Virus record (IMG/VR): IMGVR_UViG_3300030104_004354
Reading direction: 5' to 3' (one strand)
DNA length: 20,000 nt
From: an uncultured virus (IMG/VR IMGVR_UViG_3300030104_004354)
Taxonomy: Duplodnaviria; Heunggongvirae; Uroviricota; Caudoviricetes
The notes under the pieces: generated by a model
The model's database searches: none
What the model was told of the DNA's origin: nothing
The model's input: the letters and a program-made list of their open reading frames with translations, nothing else
In this document: positions 16,369-20,000 of the stretch, one piece after another
Layout of the letters: each line of letters starts with the position of its first letter
How positions within the stretch are numbered: the stretch's first letter is position 1
Program-made: the position numbers and the translations under genes

Positions 16369-17402
16369 TAGAATAGGTTAACAGGGGTAACTTGATTTTT
16401 AAGTCTAGGCCTCTCAAAGGCACCACAATCAGCAGTCCCTAGTCTGGTTGAGTTTGAAAGGTCCTCTGAGGTTGATGTGATTCCTGACACAGGCCCACTA
16501 ACCACATAATCCAAAGCAATATTATTAGGGTGATCAACGAGTGCGAAATTTTGAGAGCAGACAGTGTAATCTCCTAGGAAAGAAACCTCACCCGCTCCTG
16601 GATCTGACCCATCTGTGTTAAAAGTGACTTCAGGACTGTGGTTAATAATTGTACCAAAAACATTACCATGATTACCCGTACCACGCTCAGTAATATCATC
16701 AATGCTTGAGCAATCTATGAAATCGGGACAGAACGCTAATCGAGAAGCCCCAGGGTGGGTATTGTAAATATTACCAATGGAAAAGAATGTGCTTGAAGTA
16801 TCTGTTTGGTTAAGGTTAACTCTAACATGATGCCATGTGCTTCCTGAGACATTAAGATTAATTGCCCTGTTGGATCCACCACTACCTAGCAACCAATCTT
16901 TACTGTCGTCTCTTTGATTCTCTAGCACTGTGTTGGCAATGTTAAAAGTTATTGTACCATCCATCTGGAAAATCTGAATCCAAACACCTGTGGTTCTTTT
17001 AGTCCATATTGTTCTAGTTAAATTTATTGTATTAACCCTAGGTGTCGAAGAGGTTTTCGCAGCAATTTGCCAGGGAGAAACAGTATCAGTGCCTGAGCAG
17101 ACACAGTCTATAACCTCAAGCGTAGTATTGCTGTCTCTCTTAAATTCATGTGTGCCATCTAATGAGAGAATGGCACCCGTATCTAATTTACCATCCTGAG
17201 GTGTCTGAGCCTTATACCTAACAGTAAGATCACCGCTTTCGTCCCAAGTTCTTTGTGTAGTAGTAAAGCTATGAACGCCATCTAAAAGAACACACTCTTC
17301 CACATCCCCATCGATGTGAGACTGATCTTTACGACTAGCAAACCAAAGAGCAATAGTAGCAAAGTCACCACCAGATCCAACTGTATTACTATACGTGGTC
17401 AT
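16368..17402 (-). CDS. Putative virion-associated beta-helix (pectin-lyase-like) protein (344 aa)
   Basis: N-terminal TVGSGGDFATI..W, an Asn/Thr/Gly-rich beta pattern, and a C-terminal R...DCGAFE capping motif. Confidence 0.55.
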   Translation of the reverse strand: MTTYSNTVGSGGDFATIALWFASRKDQSHIDGDVEECVLLDGVHSFTTTQRTWDESGDLTVRYKAQTPQDGKLDTGAILSLDGTHEFKRDSNTTLEVIDCVCSGTDTVSPWQIAAKTSSTPRVNTINLTRTIWTKRTTGVWIQIFQMDGTITFNIANTVLENQRDDSKDWLLGSGGSNRAINLNVSGSTWHHVRVNLNQTDTSSTFFSIGNIYNTHPGASRLAFCPDFIDCSSIDDITERGTGNHGNVFGTIINHSPEVTFNTDGSDPGAGEVSFLGDYTVCSQNFALVDHPNNIALDYVVSGPVSGITSTSEDLSNSTRLGTADCGAFERPRLKNQVTPVNLF

Positions 17403-17770
17403 TACTCCTCAGACTCCCTACTGTAGATATAATTTGCATCCATGTCATCAGCCCATACAACCGCAGAAAGCATCTCAGAGGCCGTCACAGACGCTCTGTT
17501 GGCCAAATCTAAGCTCTCCTGTGCAGGGATGGGAAGGGTAGAGGTTTCAATAGTAAAATATTCTGTGATTGTACCTAAAGCTGACAAAGAAGCTTGATCT
17601 CTAACAAGTTCAATCACCTCTGCCTTAGATTCAGAAACATCTAAACATTGCAAAAAATTATCTTGTAATGCATCATACCAAGACGTACCGTTTACAACCC
17701 TTGAGCCAGCATGAACGCCATTCTCAAGAACTTCTACAATACCATCGTTGTGAAAAAATATTTGAGCCAT
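17402..17770 (-). CDS. Acidic hypothetical protein (122 aa)
   Basis: TAATG-coupled to the downstream gene; CTATATA motif starts 14 nt upstream of its ATG. Confidence 0.7.
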   Translation of the reverse strand: MAQIFFHNDGIVEVLENGVHAGSRVVNGTSWYDALQDNFLQCLDVSESKAEVIELVRDQASLSALGTITEYFTIETSTLPIPAQESLDLANRASVTASEMLSAVVWADDMDANYIYSRESEE

Positions 17771-17785
17771 ACACCTTTATATAGA

Positions 17786-17814
17786 TTGCAAAAATTTCTT
17801 ACTAAGAGTATAAT
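17786..17814 (+). promoter_or_regulatory. Sigma70-type promoter TTGCAA-N17-TATAAT
   Basis: The -10 box ends 6 nt before the ATG at 17821. Confidence 0.75.
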
Positions 17815-17820
17815 ATAGTA

Positions 17821-18075
17821 ATGGAAACGTTTGGCATTGTCGTTGACTGCGTTACAATGACCTTTGTAACTTGCAGCTTTGTAGTCCTTCTTGAGATAGC
17901 TAATCGTCTTAAGTCGAACGATAACCGCTTCGATAAGATATACGAGAAAAGCACATGCCCTCCAAAGAACAAATCAAAAAACTCATACTGGAAAGCCTTA
18001 GGCAAGATGTTTCGAGAAAAGCTCTCACCTTTATTGCAAAAACTAAAAAGCCGCAAGAAAAAGAATACGATCTAA
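17821..18075 (+). CDS. Hypothetical membrane-anchored basic protein (84 aa)
   Basis: Has its own promoter and an N-terminal hydrophobic segment; overlaps the next ORF by 121 nt. Confidence 0.55.
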   Translation: METFGIVVDCVTMTFVTCSFVVLLEIANRLKSNDNRFDKIYEKSTCPPKNKSKNSYWKALGKMFREKLSPLLQKLKSRKKKNTI

Positions 18076-18227
18076 TCGCCCTTCGCAATGTATCCTATAT
18101 GTTTACGCCAAGAGAATACGAAAGACTTGCGAAGGACTGGGAATTTGCTACCGGCGATAAAATTCCAGTATCCTTGCAAGAGGCTTTAGATTATATGGAA
18201 AAGGGCCTGACGCAACGGGACTCCTAA
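17955..18227 (+). CDS. Hypothetical protein (90 aa)
   Basis: Protein-like helical composition; ends inside the first GGGACTCCTA repeat. Confidence 0.65.
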   Translation: MPSKEQIKKLILESLRQDVSRKALTFIAKTKKPQEKEYDLIALRNVSYMFTPREYERLAKDWEFATGDKIPVSLQEALDYMEKGLTQRDS

Positions 18228-18337
18228 AAGTATATGATTCTTTTTTATGGGACTCCTAAAGGTTTTTGGGTCCCCTTTTAAAATTCATGAGACACAAGGT
18301 ATGGGGTGGAGGCGACGCATCGTTCCATAGGAGTCCC
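18217..18337. repeat. GGGACTCCTA repeat cluster (two direct copies, one inverted)
   Basis: GGGACTCCTAAA at 18217-18228 and 18249-18260, TAGGAGTCCC at 18328-18337, and a degenerate GGGTCCCCT at 18268-18276. Confidence 0.85.
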
Positions 18338-18372
18338 GTAAGATTTTCCGGTACCATGCTAAAGAAAAGGGG

Positions 18373-18399
18373 TTGACGGTGTCGATAAATAGGTATAAT
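18373..18399 (+). promoter_or_regulatory. Sigma70-type promoter TTGACG-N15-TATAAT
   Basis: A-rich upstream tract; the -10 box ends 7 nt before the ATG at 18407. Confidence 0.75.
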
Positions 18400-18406
18400 G
18401 GAACAC

Positions 18407-18853
18407 ATGACCAAAAGCGTCCTAGCCACGATGGTATCCCTCTTCCTCTGTGGGGTCTCGATCTCACAGTCTTACAGGCAAGCCATCGTGGCTAAGGATG
18501 GCACGCAGTGTGCAGCTATGTTCGATGATGCCGTACGTGTCAACATCAGACCAGAGATGCGAAGGGAGCTTGCTCCTATCGTGGCCGCTATCCGTCATGC
18601 CGAAAATGGTGGCAAGGGTCGTGAGTATGGCATCCTTCACCCGCGTGTGAAGCCTACGTATCGTTCGCAGGCTGGTTGGTGTGCTGCTACTGTGCAAAAG
18701 AACTATGATCGATGGACCAAGGCCGGTAAGCGTGGTGCTTTTGTTGTGTTTCTGGGGCGTCGTTATTGTCCTGTTGGCGCGGAGAATGACCCGCAAGGAC
18801 TGAACCGCCACTGGATCAAGAATGTCTCGCACTATGTAAGTCGCTTCAAATAA
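18407..18853 (+). CDS. Secreted lysozyme-fold protein, glucosaminidase-like (about 148 aa)
   Basis: Signal-peptide-like N-terminus, IVAAIRHAENG (candidate catalytic Glu), and C-terminal YCPVGAENDPQGLNRHWIKNV. Confidence 0.65.
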   Translation: MTKSVLATMVSLFLCGVSISQSYRQAIVAKDGTQCAAMFDDAVRVNIRPEMRRELAPIVAAIRHAENGGKGREYGILHPRVKPTYRSQAGWCAATVQKNYDRWTKAGKRGAFVVFLGRRYCPVGAENDPQGLNRHWIKNVSHYVSRFK

Positions 18854-18919
18854 GGCACTTATGGCGGNNNNNNNNNNCCGCCCCGCGAGCCGTAACCCCT
18901 TTACTGACAGGCACTTACG
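18835..18919. repeat. Two imperfect 29-bp palindromes (YGTAA-N19-TTAYG) flanking a GGCGG/CCGCC inverted pair and the assembly gap
   Basis: TGTAAGTCGCTTCAAATAAGGCACTTATG at 18835-18863 and CGTAACCCCTTTACTGACAGGCACTTACG at 18891-18919, sharing AGGCACTTA. Confidence 0.7.
18868..18877. other. Assembly gap (10 N)
   Basis: Run of N in the sequence. Confidence 1.
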
Positions 18920-18946
18920 TCAATTAAAAAAAGATGGGATAGCTAG

Positions 18947-18973
18947 TTGACAGCCCCACAAAATAGGTATAAT
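18947..18973 (+). promoter_or_regulatory. Sigma70-type promoter TTGACA-N15-TATAAT
   Basis: Perfect hexamers; shares AAATAGGTATAAT with the 18373 promoter; the -10 box ends 7 nt before the ATG at 18981. Confidence 0.8.
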
Positions 18974-18980
18974 TGAAAAC

Positions 18981-19172
18981 ATGAAGAGCAAGCAAGAACT
19001 CCTCTCCATCGTCCAACGCTTCGACCCGAAGATGGACGTAGCTCGTATGCGGGACATCGTGAGCGAGTTGGAACTGAAGGGTGAGATCTACTCTCGCATA
19101 AGCATGCAGAACCTTAACTGGGGTCTTAGCATCCCCGAAATCTATTACCTCATTGACCCCATTCGATCCTAG
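18981..19172 (+). CDS. Hypothetical early protein (63 aa)
   Basis: Clean ORF with its own promoter. Confidence 0.75.
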   Translation: MKSKQELLSIVQRFDPKMDVARMRDIVSELELKGEIYSRISMQNLNWGLSIPEIYYLIDPIRS

Positions 19173-19181
19173 GAGTATAAT
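19153..19181 (+). promoter_or_regulatory. Sigma70-type promoter TTGACC-N17-TATAAT
   Basis: The -10 box ends 6 nt before the ATG at 19188. Confidence 0.75.
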
Positions 19182-19187
19182 ACCGCT

Positions 19188-19652
19188 ATGGGACTAGACA
19201 TGTACCTCAGGCTCAAAGAGCATTCCAAATGTAGCGTCAAGGGATTTGGCGGTGATGGTGATACCATGCATCGCGACCCCAATGATTGGGTGTGCGTTAC
19301 CAAAGAATACGCCGTCGCATATTGGCGCAAGGCAAACCATATTCACCAGTGGTTCGTCCAACATGTGCAGGATGGCACCGATGACTGCGGTCAGTACAAC
19401 GTGAAGCCTGAACACCTGCACGAACTCCGTGCGGATTGTATGTTCGCTCTGGATGCCTACAACGAAGGAGACCACAAGACCTGTCATGAGACAATGCCTA
19501 CCGCCAGTGGCTTTTTCTTTGGCTCTACTGACTACGATTCCTATTACGCGGACGAACTGCGACGGACAATCAAAGTCTGCACCAGTCTAATCCATCACCT
19601 GGAATCCAATGACAGCATTTGGAGCGAAGCATACTACCAAAGTTCTTGGTAG
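19188..19652 (+). CDS. Conserved phage hypothetical protein (154 aa; MGLDMYL / YWRKAN.IH.WF / GFFFG / YQSSW type)
   Basis: Motif set I recognise from a widespread phage early-region family of unknown function. Confidence 0.85.
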   Translation: MGLDMYLRLKEHSKCSVKGFGGDGDTMHRDPNDWVCVTKEYAVAYWRKANHIHQWFVQHVQDGTDDCGQYNVKPEHLHELRADCMFALDAYNEGDHKTCHETMPTASGFFFGSTDYDSYYADELRRTIKVCTSLIHHLESNDSIWSEAYYQSSW

Positions 19653-19657
19653 TAGGC

Positions 19658-19685
19658 TTGCAATCCTTCAACCCGCAGATATAAT
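19658..19685 (+). promoter_or_regulatory. Sigma70-type promoter TTGCAA-N16-TATAAT
   Basis: The -10 box ends 6 nt before the ATG at 19692. Confidence 0.75.
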
Positions 19686-19691
19686 CTCAGC

Positions 19692-20000
19692 ATGTCATAT
19701 TCGACTTACAATCTCCACTCCGATAACGTCATGGCAAAGGTCATGACCCACCTTAACGGGTTCCAAATCACTTTGCCCGGTGGTTACCGTGTGTCCTTTG
19801 CTTTCGGGCAGGGTAGCTACGCAGACAACCGCTACGCAGGTATGGGGACCACTCCCGCACCTTCTCAGTGGGAGTCCAACAATTTCGAGTTGGCCGTTTT
19901 CGATCCTGAGGGTGAGATGATGGATCTCGTATCCCACACTGACGAGGACGGTGTAAAGCGCACTGATAACGTGGTGGGCTACATCCCCGCCTACTACCTT
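19692..20000 (+). CDS. Phage hypothetical protein, 3'-truncated (MSYSTYNLHSDNVMAKVMTHLNGFQITLPGGYRVSFAFGQGSY...FELAVFD...DNVVGYIPAYYL)
   Basis: 103 open codons to the window end, with its own promoter. Absent from the track, presumably because it has no stop in the window. Confidence 0.8.
   Translation, partial: MSYSTYNLHSDNVMAKVMTHLNGFQITLPGGYRVSFAFGQGSYADNRYAGMGTTPAPSQWESNNFELAVFDPEGEMMDLVSHTDEDGVKRTDNVVGYIPAYYL

Noticed and set aside
18228..18372. tRNA or other known ncRNA in the intergenic gap
   Set aside because: No cloverleaf or T-loop signature is recognisable by eye.
19171..19175. AGGAG as the Shine-Dalgarno site for the 19188 gene
   Set aside because: It is 12 nt from the ATG and lies in the promoter spacer upstream of TATAAT, so it could act only on read-through transcripts.
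268..19937. Short antisense or nested ORFs from the track (e.g. 268-498, 2743-2964, 4988-5263, 8652-8894, 12740-12937, 17802-18056, 18285-18467, 18464-18832, 19194-19487, 19695-19937)
   Set aside because: They shadow better-supported genes or promoters and lack motifs or initiation signals.
1..20000. Genome-wide stop-codon reassignment
   Set aside because: Conserved genes are full length in the standard code, and TAA, TAG and TGA all end tightly packed genes.

Overview
A 20-kb segment of a large tailed dsDNA phage with distant T4-like head and tail genes, probably uncultured, with one 10-N scaffold gap at 18868-18877. Bases 1-18230 form an AT-rich core. On the minus strand it carries virion genes: terminase large subunit, gp20-like portal, an acidic scaffold-like protein, a fibre-like protein, a gp26-like tail assembly protein and a tape-measure-like protein. 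These are interleaved with DNA-metabolism and accessory genes: a Cas4/RecB-like nuclease, DnaG-type primase, UvsW-like helicase, GT2-like glycosyltransferase and a CxxC membrane protein. From about 18300 the sequence is visibly more GC-rich and holds short plus-strand early-type genes. The most notable signals are regulatory. (i) Five sigma70-type promoters have TATAAT only 6-7 nt before the ATG, implying leaderless mRNAs. (ii) A second motif, CTATWWW, lies 12-14 nt before core-gene ATGs, and two divergent gene pairs have start codons that overlap in one CATG palindrome. (iii) A T8 slippery site links the gp26-like gene to a -1-frame ORF. (iv) A hidden 19-aa Cys peptide ORF ends in UGA followed by a hairpin, beside the glycosyltransferase and CxxC genes. 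(v) Two short repeat or palindrome families sit at the core/early boundary. All family calls come from motif recognition by eye; no database search was run.
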